This document shows, piece by piece, positions 10,358-18,938 of a stretch of 64,000 bases of DNA (positions are counted from its first letter, which is position 1; each line of letters begins with the position of its first letter). The position numbers and the translations under genes were made by a program. The stretch comes from Elusimicrobiota bacterium (GTDB taxonomy: Bacteria > Elusimicrobiota > Elusimicrobia > UBA1565 > UBA9628), in assembly GCA_016207605.1 (NCBI GenBank), contig JACQPJ010000035.1, forward strand, positions 11,345 through 75,344, read 5' to 3'. Below the pieces are notes generated by a model. That model was not told where the DNA came from and made no database searches. It worked only from the letters and a program-made list of their open reading frames with translations.

Positions 10358-10827
10358 GACTCGCGGCCGGCGTTCTTTTGGCGTCCGCGGCGTGGGCGGG
10401 CGGGCGCTTCACCGCCAAGCAGCTTGCGGCGCGGTTCTATTACGATCTTGGGCCCGAGGAGATCGACGTCTCCGGCTATCCGAAAGCCCAGCGGGAGAAC
10501 TACGCGGCCTTCGCCGCGACCTGCGCCCGCTGCCACACCTTGGCGCGCCCGATCAATGCGCCCATCGCCGCGCGGCGGGATTGGGAGCGCTACGTCGCGC
10601 GCATGCGCGTGCGCACCAAGGTCGCCGCCGACAAGAGCTTCACCCGCGAACAGGCCAAAAAGGTCGTTGATTTCCTGGCCTATGACTCCCAAATCCGCAA
10701 GGTGCGGGGCCGCGCCGCCTTCGAGGCGCAGACGCGGCAGTTGAAAGTCCGGTTCGCGGAGGTCGCCGCCGAGCGCGCGCGTTTGCGCATCGAGGGCGAC
10801 CGGCGCAAGGCCCATCGGAGAATTTAG
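10342..10827 (+). CDS. Monohaem cytochrome c-like protein
   Basis: Signal-like N-terminus and a single CARCH haem-c motif. Lies immediately upstream of the Rieske/cytochrome b genes. Confidence 0.6.
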   Translation: MRGILRLAAGVLLASAAWAGGRFTAKQLAARFYYDLGPEEIDVSGYPKAQRENYAAFAATCARCHTLARPINAPIAARRDWERYVARMRVRTKVAADKSFTREQAKKVVDFLAYDSQIRKVRGRAAFEAQTRQLKVRFAEVAAERARLRIEGDRRKAHRRI

Positions 10828-10843
10828 GAGGAACGATGAACGC

Positions 10844-11374
10844 ATGGATGACGCTGCCATGACCTGCGGCCGCGGCGTCGAGCCGGAAGGCGAGGTGATG
10901 GGGCGCCGCTCGTTTCTCGCGCGGTGCGCGGCCGTCCTCGGCGCGGCGATCGCCGCCGTTCTCGGCTCGACCGGGCTGTCCTACTTCATCTCGCCCGCCT
11001 TTAAGAAGGACGAAGAGGACTGGGTTGACGTGGGTGGGACAAAGGACATCAGGCCCGGAGCGCCGGTCAAGGTGGATTTCGTCGCGCGCAAGCGCGACGC
11101 CTGGGCCGTGACCGAGAAGCGCTCCTCGGCCTGGGTCGCGACCAAGGACGGGCGCGAGTTCACGGCCTTCGACCCGCGCTGCACGCACCTCGGCTGTCCC
11201 TATCGCTGGGACCAGGCCAAGGAGCAGTTCCTGTGCCCGTGCCACGCGGCCATCTTCGACGCCGGCGGCGCCGTCGTGTCGGGGCCGCCGCCTCGTCCGC
11301 TCGACCGCTACGACGCCAAGGTCGTCAACGGACGCCTGCTGATCCAGCCGATCCCTCGCCGGAGGGCCGCATGA
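10844..11374 (+). CDS. Rieske [2Fe-2S] subunit of a cytochrome bc-type complex
   Basis: CTHLGCP...CPCHAAIF cluster-binding boxes and a Tat-like RRSFL. The true start may be the internal ATG at 10898. Confidence 0.85.
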   Translation: MDDAAMTCGRGVEPEGEVMGRRSFLARCAAVLGAAIAAVLGSTGLSYFISPAFKKDEEDWVDVGGTKDIRPGAPVKVDFVARKRDAWAVTEKRSSAWVATKDGREFTAFDPRCTHLGCPYRWDQAKEQFLCPCHAAIFDAGGAVVSGPPPRPLDRYDAKVVNGRLLIQPIPRRRAA

Positions 11375-12069
11375 AAAATGCCTTGATCCTCGCGCGCGAT
11401 TGGATCGTCGAGCGCACGGGCTTCGACCGCGTCTGGGAGGTCCTCTTTGAGCGCCATGTCCCGGAGGCCAAGGGGCCCGCGGCGTGGCTGTACACGCTGG
11501 GCAGCGCGTCGCTGTTCGTATTCCTCGTCCAGGTCGTCACGGGCTCCTTGCTCGCGATGAACTACGTCCCGTCGCCCGACCACGCCTACGACTCCGTGCG
11601 CTTCATCGGCGAGAAGGTGCTCTGCGGCTCCTTTATCCGCGGCCTGCATCATTGGGGCGCCAGCTTCATGGTCGTGCTGGTTGTCGCGCACATGCTGCGC
11701 ATCTACTTCATGGGTTCCTATAAATACCCGCGCGAAGGCACCTGGATGGTTGGCGTCGTCTTGCTCCTGCTGGTGGTCGGCCTCGGCTTCACCGGCTACC
11801 TGCTGCCGTGGGATCAGAAGGCGTATTGGGCGACGGCCGTCGGCACGAATATCGCGGAGCAGACCCCGTTCATCGGCCCGCTGGTCGCGAAAGTTCTTAA
11901 AGGAAGTTCCGAGCTGGGCGCGGCGACCTTGCCACGTTTTTATGCGCTGCACGTCCTCGTCCTCCCCGCGGCGATGCTCCTCGGGCTTGGCGTCCATCTT
12001 TTCTTGGTCGTTTGGCACGGGATCTCCGAGCCGCCGGAGCGCGCGCGCAGGCCCGGGGAGGCGCCGTGA
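11371..12069 (+). CDS. Cytochrome b (b6-like N-terminal four-helix part)
   Basis: ATGA overlap with the Rieske gene. Motifs: FLVQVVTGSLLAMNY, GLHHWGASFMVVLVVAHMLR, GYLLPWDQKAYWA. Confidence 0.85.
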   Translation: MKNALILARDWIVERTGFDRVWEVLFERHVPEAKGPAAWLYTLGSASLFVFLVQVVTGSLLAMNYVPSPDHAYDSVRFIGEKVLCGSFIRGLHHWGASFMVVLVVAHMLRIYFMGSYKYPREGTWMVGVVLLLLVVGLGFTGYLLPWDQKAYWATAVGTNIAEQTPFIGPLVAKVLKGSSELGAATLPRFYALHVLVLPAAMLLGLGVHLFLVVWHGISEPPERARRPGEAP

Positions 12070-13022
12070 GTCCCTGGCACGAGGAGTATCGGCGGCGCTA
12101 CGCCCGGCTCAAGGGGGCGGGCAAGTCCTTCTTTCCGCACGCCGTCTTCAAGGACGCGCTCGTCGCGTTCTTGATCTTCGCGGCGCTCTCGCTGCTGGCC
12201 TGGAAGTTCGGCGCCGGGCTCGAGAGCCTGGCCGACCCCACGGACGCCACCTACAACCCGCGGCCGGAATGGTATTTCCTGTTCCTCTTCCAGGCGCTCA
12301 AGGCCTTTCCCGGCAGCCTGGAGTCCGTGGCGGCGGTCGTGCTTCCGGGCGCCGCGGTTCTCGGCCTTCTGCTGCTGCCGCTGATCGACCGCGGCCCTGA
12401 GCGGCATCCGTTCGACCGGCCCCTGCTGACCGGCCTGGGCATCCTGGGACTGATCGTCGTCGGCTCGTTGACCGTGGCGGGGCTGCGCAGTCCGCTCGTC
12501 AATCCCATCGAGGAAAAAGATCCGCTGGTCGCCGCCGGACGCCGCGTCTACCAGGACATGAACTGCGCGTACTGCCACAAGATCCGCGGCAAGGGCGGCG
12601 TCGTCGGGCCCGAGCTCGACAAGGTCGTCGGCGGCGAGTCGGTCGAGTGGCTCGAAAAGCATTTCCGCGACCCAAAATCGGTCGTGCCCGGCTCGGCGAT
12701 GCCCCAGCTGCATCTCCTGGACGACGAGATCGCGGCGCTTGCGGCCTACATGAAATCCATCGGCGACGAGCCGTTCACGAAGGAGGCGCCCAGGCTGTTT
12801 TCCGAGCATTGCGCCGCCTGCCACAAGATCGGCCGGGAGGGGGGCGAGTCCGGGCCGGACCTTTCGCTGATCGGGTCGGCGCGCGACAAGGCCGCGCTCA
12901 AGCGCGCCATCGCCGATCCGACGTCCTTGAACCCGGCGGCGGCGATGCCGGCCTTCAAGGACCAGCTGACCGACGTGCAGATCGAAGACCTGGCCCGCTA
13001 CCTGTCGAGCCTGGGCCGCTAG
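12066..13022 (+). CDS. Cytochrome b C-terminal (subunit IV-like) domain fused to dihaem cytochrome c
   Basis: GTGA overlap with cytochrome b. PEWYFLFLFQALK is the subunit IV motif. Two CxxCH motifs follow (CAYCH, CAACH). Confidence 0.8.
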   Translation: MSPWHEEYRRRYARLKGAGKSFFPHAVFKDALVAFLIFAALSLLAWKFGAGLESLADPTDATYNPRPEWYFLFLFQALKAFPGSLESVAAVVLPGAAVLGLLLLPLIDRGPERHPFDRPLLTGLGILGLIVVGSLTVAGLRSPLVNPIEEKDPLVAAGRRVYQDMNCAYCHKIRGKGGVVGPELDKVVGGESVEWLEKHFRDPKSVVPGSAMPQLHLLDDEIAALAAYMKSIGDEPFTKEAPRLFSEHCAACHKIGREGGESGPDLSLIGSARDKAALKRAIADPTSLNPAAAMPAFKDQLTDVQIEDLARYLSSLGR

Positions 13023-13078
13023 ATGCTATGAGCCTCTCCTCAGCGCATCTGTGCCGAGCCCGAAGGGTCGAGGCCTAG
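13021..13078. repeat. REP-like 58-nt intergenic element, copy A
   Basis: AGATGCTATGAGCCTCTCCTCAGCGCATCTGTGCCGAGCCCGAAGGGTCGAGGCCTAG. It starts inside the stop codon of the upstream gene and contains two hairpins. Confidence 0.8.
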
Positions 13079-13134
13079 ATACTATAAGCCTTTCCTCAGC
13101 GCATCTGTGCCGCGTCCGAAGGATCGCGGCCTAG
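13077..13134. repeat. REP-like 58-nt intergenic element, copy B (tandem to A)
   Basis: AGATACTATAAGCCTTTCCTCAGCGCATCTGTGCCGCGTCCGAAGGATCGCGGCCTAG. It shares 2 nt with copy A and has compensatory changes in the second hairpin. Confidence 0.8.
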
Positions 13135-13285
13135 GTCCCGGGCCCAAATTAGAGAGGCCGATGATCTATAATCGGTCCATGACCGAGCCTAAGCGAGGAA
13201 ATGGGTGTGACCGAGCCCTACGGCGAGGGAATGCCGCCTCCGCACGATGTTGCGGAGTGGCCATCCATCGCCGTAGGAGGCAACC

Positions 13286-14344
13286 ATGGTGAGTTTCGGC
13301 ATTATTTTGTCCATGACGTTTTTCGGCAACTCGGTCGGCCGATACGCCGCCGCGGCCGCGGTCTTCCTCGTCTGCGCCGAGGCGCTTCAGCTTCTGCAGC
13401 CTCGTCTGCTCTCCTTCCTGCGGGCTCAGGCCGCCCGGACCCGGGGGGATTTCGACGACGTGTTCGTCGCCGCCCTTTCTCAAGTCGGGAATTCGGAGCG
13501 CGTCGTGGTTGCATTGTACGTCGCGACGCGCCTGCTGGTCCTGGGGCCGGGGGCGGCCAGGTTCATCCACCTCGCGCTGGTCGCGGTCCTTTCCCTGCGC
13601 GCGACCGCCGTCGTCCAGGAGGTCGTCGTCTATCTGATCAGCCGGAGCTCGGCCTTCGCCGGGGAGGACCCGAATTCCTCCTCCGTCCTGCAGAACCTTC
13701 GCCTGGCCGTCAAGGCGCTGGTCTGGACCGGCGGCGCGCTCTTCGTCCTGGACAACGCCGGAGTGCACGTCGGCACCGCGGTGGCCGGGCTGGGCATCGG
13801 CGGCGTGGCCGTGGCCATGGCCGGCCAGCAGGTCCTGGGAGACTTGTTCAGCTCCTTGGCGATCTTCATGGACAAGCCCTTCCGCGTCGGCGACGCCATC
13901 GTCGTAGACGATCTCGTGGGCACGGTCGAGCGCATCGGCATCAAGACCAGCCGCGTGCGCGGCCTGGGCGGGGAGATGCTGATCTTCTCCAACTCGGACC
14001 TGACCCGCTCGCGGGTGCGCAACTACCGGCTCATGAAGGAGCGCCGCGTGGTCTTCTCCTTCGGCGTGACCTACGGCACTCCCTGCGAGAAGGTCGCCGC
14101 GATCCCGGGCATCGCGCGCGCGATCATCGCGCAGACGCCCAAGACGCGCTTCGACCGCGCGCACTTCAAGGGCTTCGGCGATTCCAGCCTCGATTTCGAG
14201 GCGGTCTATTACGTGCTGACCGGCGACTACAACGTCTACATGGACGTGCGGCAGAGCGTCAGCCTGGAGCTGATGCGGCGCTTCCAGGGAGAGGGCATCG
14301 AGTTCGCCTTCCCGACGCGGACGGTCTACCTGGCCAAGCCATAA
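13286..14344 (+). CDS. MscS-family mechanosensitive ion channel
   Basis: GIGGVAVAMAGQQVLGDLFSSLAIFMDKPFRVGDAIVVDDLVGTVERIGIKTSRVR is the canonical MscS TM3/beta-domain signature. Confidence 0.85.
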   Translation: MVSFGIILSMTFFGNSVGRYAAAAAVFLVCAEALQLLQPRLLSFLRAQAARTRGDFDDVFVAALSQVGNSERVVVALYVATRLLVLGPGAARFIHLALVAVLSLRATAVVQEVVVYLISRSSAFAGEDPNSSSVLQNLRLAVKALVWTGGALFVLDNAGVHVGTAVAGLGIGGVAVAMAGQQVLGDLFSSLAIFMDKPFRVGDAIVVDDLVGTVERIGIKTSRVRGLGGEMLIFSNSDLTRSRVRNYRLMKERRVVFSFGVTYGTPCEKVAAIPGIARAIIAQTPKTRFDRAHFKGFGDSSLDFEAVYYVLTGDYNVYMDVRQSVSLELMRRFQGEGIEFAFPTRTVYLAKP

Positions 14345-15505
14345 ATGCACGAGATCAACGTCGCCGGCTTCCTGGCCAACCTCCTGGTGATCCTCCTGAG
14401 CGCCAAGCTCTTCGGGGAGCTGGCCGAGCGCTGGGGCCAGCCGCCCGTCCTGGGCGAGCTGCTGGGCGGCGTCGTGCTGGGCTTGGGCCTGTTCGGCTTT
14501 CGCCCGGGGGACCCGGCGCTGGCGCTGATGGCCGAGTTCGGGGTGATCCTTCTTCTTTTCGAGACGGGGATCCACTGCGACCTGGAGCGCCTGCTCGCGG
14601 CGGGGCCGGCCTCCCTGGCGGTGGCCGCGGTGGGCGTGGCCCTGCCCTTCGCGTTGGGCTGGGCGTTCATGTCGGCGTTGGGCCGCGGCGGGATGCAGGC
14701 CGTGTTCGTCGGCGCCGCCCTCACCGCGACCAGCGTGGGCATCACCGCGCGCGTCCTCGCCGACATGGGCCGGCTCGACGCGCCCGAAGCCCAGATCGTC
14801 TTGGGCGCGGCCGTCATCGACGACATCCTGGGGATCGTCATCCTCTCGGCGGTCCAGGGGGTCGCGGAGAGCGGCGCGCTGTCCTGGGCGTCCGTGGCGC
14901 GCACCGCCCTGCTGGCCGCGGGCTTTCTGGCCGCGGCGCTGTGGCTGGGACCGCGCGTCTCGCGGTCCCTGGTGGGCGTGGTGCGGGGCATGCGGGTTCG
15001 CGGGGTGCTGATCGTCTCCGCCGTGGCCTTCGCCTTCGCGCTGGCTCTTTTGGCCCACGCCGTGGGCACCGCGCTGATCGTGGGCGCCTTCACCGCCGGG
15101 GTCCTGCTGGCCGGGACCGACCGGCGCGAGGACATTGACGGCGCCCTGCGGCCCTTGGCGGACGTCTTCGTGCCGATCTTCTTCGTCATGGTGGGGGCCC
15201 GGGTGAGCCTGGGCGCCTACAATCCGCTCGTCCCCGGCAACCTGGGCATGATCGCCCTCGCCCTGGGGCTGGCGGCGCTGGCCGTGCTGGGAAAGCTTGC
15301 CAGCGGCTGGGCCGTCGCGGGCCGGGGCCTCAACCGCCTGGCCGTCGGCGCGGGGATGATTCCGCGCGGCGAGGTGGGGCTGATCTTCGCCCAGATCGGG
15401 CTCTCTTCCGGCGCGATCGACGCGCCGCTCTACGCGGCGGTGGTGGGCATGGTCGTGGTCACGACTTTCCTCGCCCCGCCCATCCTGAAGAGGGCCCTGG
15501 CCTGA
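14345..15505 (+). CDS. Cation:proton antiporter (CPA2/Kef-type Na+/H+ exchanger family)
   Basis: 386-aa polytopic protein. LSAKLFGELAERWGQPPVLGELLGGVVLG and GLIFAQIG patterns match the Na_H_Exchanger family. Confidence 0.8.
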   Translation: MHEINVAGFLANLLVILLSAKLFGELAERWGQPPVLGELLGGVVLGLGLFGFRPGDPALALMAEFGVILLLFETGIHCDLERLLAAGPASLAVAAVGVALPFALGWAFMSALGRGGMQAVFVGAALTATSVGITARVLADMGRLDAPEAQIVLGAAVIDDILGIVILSAVQGVAESGALSWASVARTALLAAGFLAAALWLGPRVSRSLVGVVRGMRVRGVLIVSAVAFAFALALLAHAVGTALIVGAFTAGVLLAGTDRREDIDGALRPLADVFVPIFFVMVGARVSLGAYNPLVPGNLGMIALALGLAALAVLGKLASGWAVAGRGLNRLAVGAGMIPRGEVGLIFAQIGLSSGAIDAPLYAAVVGMVVVTTFLAPPILKRALA

Positions 15506-15512
15506 GGCCCTG

Positions 15513-17720
15513 ATGCGCATCACGCTCCGGCTCATCGCGGCGCTCCTGGTGGCGGCCTCCCTGGTGGTGGCCGTCTCCACCTACCTGCAGGTTCGAGCCG
15601 AGACCAGGAAGCTCACCGAGGACCTGGCGCGCCGCGGCTCCATGCTGGCCGACGCGCTGGGCGAGCTCGCCGCCGCCCCCCTGGCGGCGCGGGACGCCGC
15701 GGAACTCTCCCGGCTGGTCCAGACGTACGGCGGCCGGGAGGGGCTGGTCGGAGTGGCGGTCTTCGATCCCGCGGGAGTCGCCCTCGCCGCCTCCGCCTCC
15801 CTGACGCCCGACCTGCGGGCCGTCCAGCTCCTGGCTCCGCGGGCGCTGGGGCCGGAGGGGCGCGTCTCGCGCTTGGTCCGGGACCGCTACATCTACGCCG
15901 TGCCGGTCAGGGACGAGGGGACGCTCGTCGGCGTCCTGGCCGTCGTCCGCGACGCGGCCGCCATCCGCACCACGCTGTCGCGGATGTGGCGGCACAACTT
16001 CCTGCGCCTGCTCTCCCACGCCGTCCTCATCTCCTTGGTCAGCCTGCTCATCATCCGCTGGAACATCCTGGCGCCCATCGACCAGATGACGGGCTGGATG
16101 AAGCAGATCCGCTCGGGGGAGACGTCCGCCGCGCCGCCGGTCGCGCGCGGGCTTTTCGAGCCGTTGGCCTCCGAGGCGACGCAGATGGCGCGCAGCCTCG
16201 CCGCGGCCCGGGCCGCGGCGGAGGAGGAGGCCCGGCTGCGCCAGCAGGGCCAGTCCCTGTGGACGCCCGAGCGCCTCAAGGAGCACGTCAAGGAGAAGCT
16301 GGAGGGCCGCCCGCTGTTCGTGGTCGCCAACCGCGAGCCCTACGTGCACGCGCGGCAGGGCAAGAAGGTCCAGGTGATCGTCCCGGCCAGCGGCCTGGTC
16401 ACCGGCATCGAGCCCATTCTGCTGGCCTGCGGGGGCACTTGGGTCGCCCACGGCTCGGGCGACGCCGATCGCGAAATGGCCGACGCCGCCGGCCGCCTGC
16501 CCGTGCCTCCGGAGGAGCCGCGCTACACCCTCAAGCGCGTCTGGCTCACGCCGGAGGAGGAGGAGGGCTACTACTATGGCTTCTCCAACGAGGGCCTCTG
16601 GCCCCTCTGCCACATCGCCCACACGCGCCCCATCTTCCGCGAGGAGGACTGGAGGCACTACCAGGCGGCCAACAAGAAGTTCGCCGATGCCCTCCTGGAG
16701 GAGATGGGGGACGTGCGCGACCCCGTCGTGCTGGTCCAGGACTACCATTTCGCCCTGCTCCCCGCGCTCATCAAGCGGCGCCGTCCCGACGCCCGGGTCG
16801 CCCTGTTTTGGCACATCCCCTGGCCCAACCCGGAGGCCTTCGGCATCTGCCCCTGGCAGCGCGAGCTCCTGGCCGGCATGCTGGGCGCCGACCTTGTCGG
16901 CTTCCACATCCAGTTTCACTGCAACAATTTCCTGGAGACCGTGGACCAGGCCCTGGAGTGCCGCATTGACGGGGAGCGCTTCGCGGTCCAGCGCGCGGGC
17001 CATCTCACGTTGGTCAAGCCGTTTCCCATCAGCATCGCCTTCTCGGAGCCGCCCGTCCGTTCGCAGGCCGAGCCGTCCCAGGAGGCCCTGCGCAAAGCGC
17101 TGGGCGCGACGGCGCGCTACCTTGGGGTGGGGGTGGACCGGGTGGACTACACCAAGGGCATCGTGGAGCGCTTCCGCGGCGTCGAGCGCTGCCTGGAGAA
17201 GCACCCCGAGTACCAGGGCCAGCTCGTCTTCGTCGAGCTGGGAGCGCCCAGCCGCACCCACATCAAGCGCTACCAGGAGCACATGAACGAGGTCGAGGCC
17301 GAGGCCGCGCGCATCAACGCCCGGTTCCAGTCCAAGGACTACAAGCCCATCGTCTTCCTCAACCGGCATCACTCCCACGCCGAGATCGAGCCCTACTACA
17401 AGGCGGCCGACTTCTGCATGGTCACGTCCCTGGCCGATGGAATGAACCTGGTGGCCAAGGAGTTCGTCTCCGCGCGCGCCGACGAGTGCGGCGTCCTGAT
17501 CCTGAGCCGCTTCACGGGCGCGGCCCGGGAGCTGCACGACGCCGTCGTCGTCAATCCTTACGACACCGGCCAGACCGCCGACGCGATCCGCTACGCCCTG
17601 GAGATGTCGCCCGACGAGCAGGGCCGCCGCATGGCCGGGATGCGCGCCCAGCTCAAGGAGAACAACATCTATCGCTGGGCCTCCCGCCTCATTACCGAGC
17701 TGGCCGCCATCCGCTTATAG
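15513..17720 (+). CDS. otsA: Trehalose-6-phosphate synthase (GT20) with N-terminal TM-sensor-TM-HAMP-like module
   Basis: The C-terminal ~480 aa carry VVANREPY, LWPLCH, VLVQDYHFALLP, LFWHIPWP, GADLVGFH, VGVDRVDYTKG and DGMNLVAKEF. The N-terminal ~250 aa has two hydrophobic helices flanking ~150 aa, then a HAMP-like IIRWNILAPIDQMTGWMKQI. Confidence 0.85.
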   Translation: MRITLRLIAALLVAASLVVAVSTYLQVRAETRKLTEDLARRGSMLADALGELAAAPLAARDAAELSRLVQTYGGREGLVGVAVFDPAGVALAASASLTPDLRAVQLLAPRALGPEGRVSRLVRDRYIYAVPVRDEGTLVGVLAVVRDAAAIRTTLSRMWRHNFLRLLSHAVLISLVSLLIIRWNILAPIDQMTGWMKQIRSGETSAAPPVARGLFEPLASEATQMARSLAAARAAAEEEARLRQQGQSLWTPERLKEHVKEKLEGRPLFVVANREPYVHARQGKKVQVIVPASGLVTGIEPILLACGGTWVAHGSGDADREMADAAGRLPVPPEEPRYTLKRVWLTPEEEEGYYYGFSNEGLWPLCHIAHTRPIFREEDWRHYQAANKKFADALLEEMGDVRDPVVLVQDYHFALLPALIKRRRPDARVALFWHIPWPNPEAFGICPWQRELLAGMLGADLVGFHIQFHCNNFLETVDQALECRIDGERFAVQRAGHLTLVKPFPISIAFSEPPVRSQAEPSQEALRKALGATARYLGVGVDRVDYTKGIVERFRGVERCLEKHPEYQGQLVFVELGAPSRTHIKRYQEHMNEVEAEAARINARFQSKDYKPIVFLNRHHSHAEIEPYYKAADFCMVTSLADGMNLVAKEFVSARADECGVLILSRFTGAARELHDAVVVNPYDTGQTADAIRYALEMSPDEQGRRMAGMRAQLKENNIYRWASRLITELAAIRL

Positions 17721-18938
17721 CCGGATAAAGTCCGAGCCGCGGTTCTCCGCGGACAGGAACAGGAGCAGGTAGTCGCGCAGGTGGCGCGTGAGCAGGAAGT
17801 TGCGCCGCACGTGCTCGCGGCCGTTCTGTCCCAGCCGGCGGGCGAAGTCGGGCTGCTGGAGGAGCTGCCGCATCCAGTAGGCGGCTCCCTCGATGGAGTG
17901 GACCAGGACGCCGGAGCGCCGGTGCATGATCTGCTGGGGGATGCCGCCCACGGCCCCCGCGATGACGGGCTTGCCCTTCCAGAGCGCCTCGGACACGGTC
18001 AGGCCGAAGCCTTCCCGGAGCGACTTCTGCAGGATGACGGCGGAAGCTCTTTGGATGGCGTTGATCTCGAGGTGACTGGTGGGAGGAAGGGACAGGACCA
18101 GGATGTCCTCGTCGCTCCCGGCCGCATCGAGCGCCTCCCGGTAGACCTGGGCCCCCTCCGGGTCGTCGTCGGCCGACCCGCCGACCAGGAGCAAGCGGGC
18201 GCGGACGGACTTCTGTATGCTTCGGAAGGCCCGGATGACGCCCAGAGGGTCCTTGAGGCGGTCGAAGCGCGACACCTGCGTGACCAAGGGCTTGTCCAGG
18301 GGGATCTTCAGCCGCTCCAGAATAAGGCGGACCTCGGCGTCGTCGAGGTCCCGGTTCTTGTCGCTCAAGGGGTCGATGGAGGGGGCGACGAGCATCTGCG
18401 GGATGGACAACGTCTGGGCGAAGGCGGGCGAGGAGATCACGCAGGCGTCGTAGCGCTCCACGTAGGGTCTCAGGAAGCCCCACACCCCCGGGTCCGCGTG
18501 GGAGAGATCGATATGGCAGCGCCACAGCCAGCGGTTCTTGAGCTCGCCGCGCTTCTTGACCAAGGCCGCGGGCTGGGGGTCGTGGATGAAGACGAAGTCG
18601 GAGTCCAGCGCCAGGCCCTTAAGGTTTTCGTCGGTGGCCTCTTCGTAGGCCTGGAAGTCGCGAGGGGAGGCGCCGTGGGGGTCGCCGTGCAGGGCGTTGT
18701 GGAATTTCTTGGTCGCGGCGTAGAACTCCTCGCCGCCCTTCATCACCTCCCAGCGGGCGGGCATCTCCAGCTCGTTGAAGAGGGGCACCATGCGGTTGAG
18801 GATCTCGGCCACCCCGCCGCCCACGGCGGTGGAGTTGACGTGCAGGAGGGTTCGGCCCCGCAGGCGTTGGGCGAGCAGGCGCAGCTCGTCGACCGCGTCG
18901 GCGCCGGCGAAATCCTTGTAGTCCTCGAGGCTAGCCAC
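17715..18938 (-). CDS. treT: Trehalose glycosyltransferring synthase TreT (GT4)
   Basis: Near-colinear match, from memory, to archaeal TreT: LEDYK, HVNSTAVGGGVAEIL, TKKFHNALHG, IHDPQPAAL, WLWRCHIDLS, APSIDPLSDKN, TQVSRFD, LLLVGGSADDDPEG, REGFGLTVSEALWKGKPVI. Confidence 0.85.
   Translation of the reverse strand: MASLEDYKDFAGADAVDELRLLAQRLRGRTLLHVNSTAVGGGVAEILNRMVPLFNELEMPARWEVMKGGEEFYAATKKFHNALHGDPHGASPRDFQAYEEATDENLKGLALDSDFVFIHDPQPAALVKKRGELKNRWLWRCHIDLSHADPGVWGFLRPYVERYDACVISSPAFAQTLSIPQMLVAPSIDPLSDKNRDLDDAEVRLILERLKIPLDKPLVTQVSRFDRLKDPLGVIRAFRSIQKSVRARLLLVGGSADDDPEGAQVYREALDAAGSDEDILVLSLPPTSHLEINAIQRASAVILQKSLREGFGLTVSEALWKGKPVIAGAVGGIPQQIMHRRSGVLVHSIEGAAYWMRQLLQQPDFARRLGQNGREHVRRNFLLTRHLRDYLLLFLSAENRGSDFIRL

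Noticed and set aside
13021-13134. Possible CRISPR array
   Set aside because: There are only two directly abutting copies with no spacers, a solitary third copy 47 kb away, and no cas genes. It behaves as a REP-like element.
13166-15580. 804-aa minus-strand ORF; likewise 15459..17537, 6859..8964, 5285..6874 and 17781..18989
   Set aside because: All are antisense to well-supported genes (MscS/antiporter, otsA, glgB, malQ, treT). Their translations are Arg/Gly/Asp/His-rich low complexity without motifs. Such stop-free antisense frames are typical of G+C-rich DNA.
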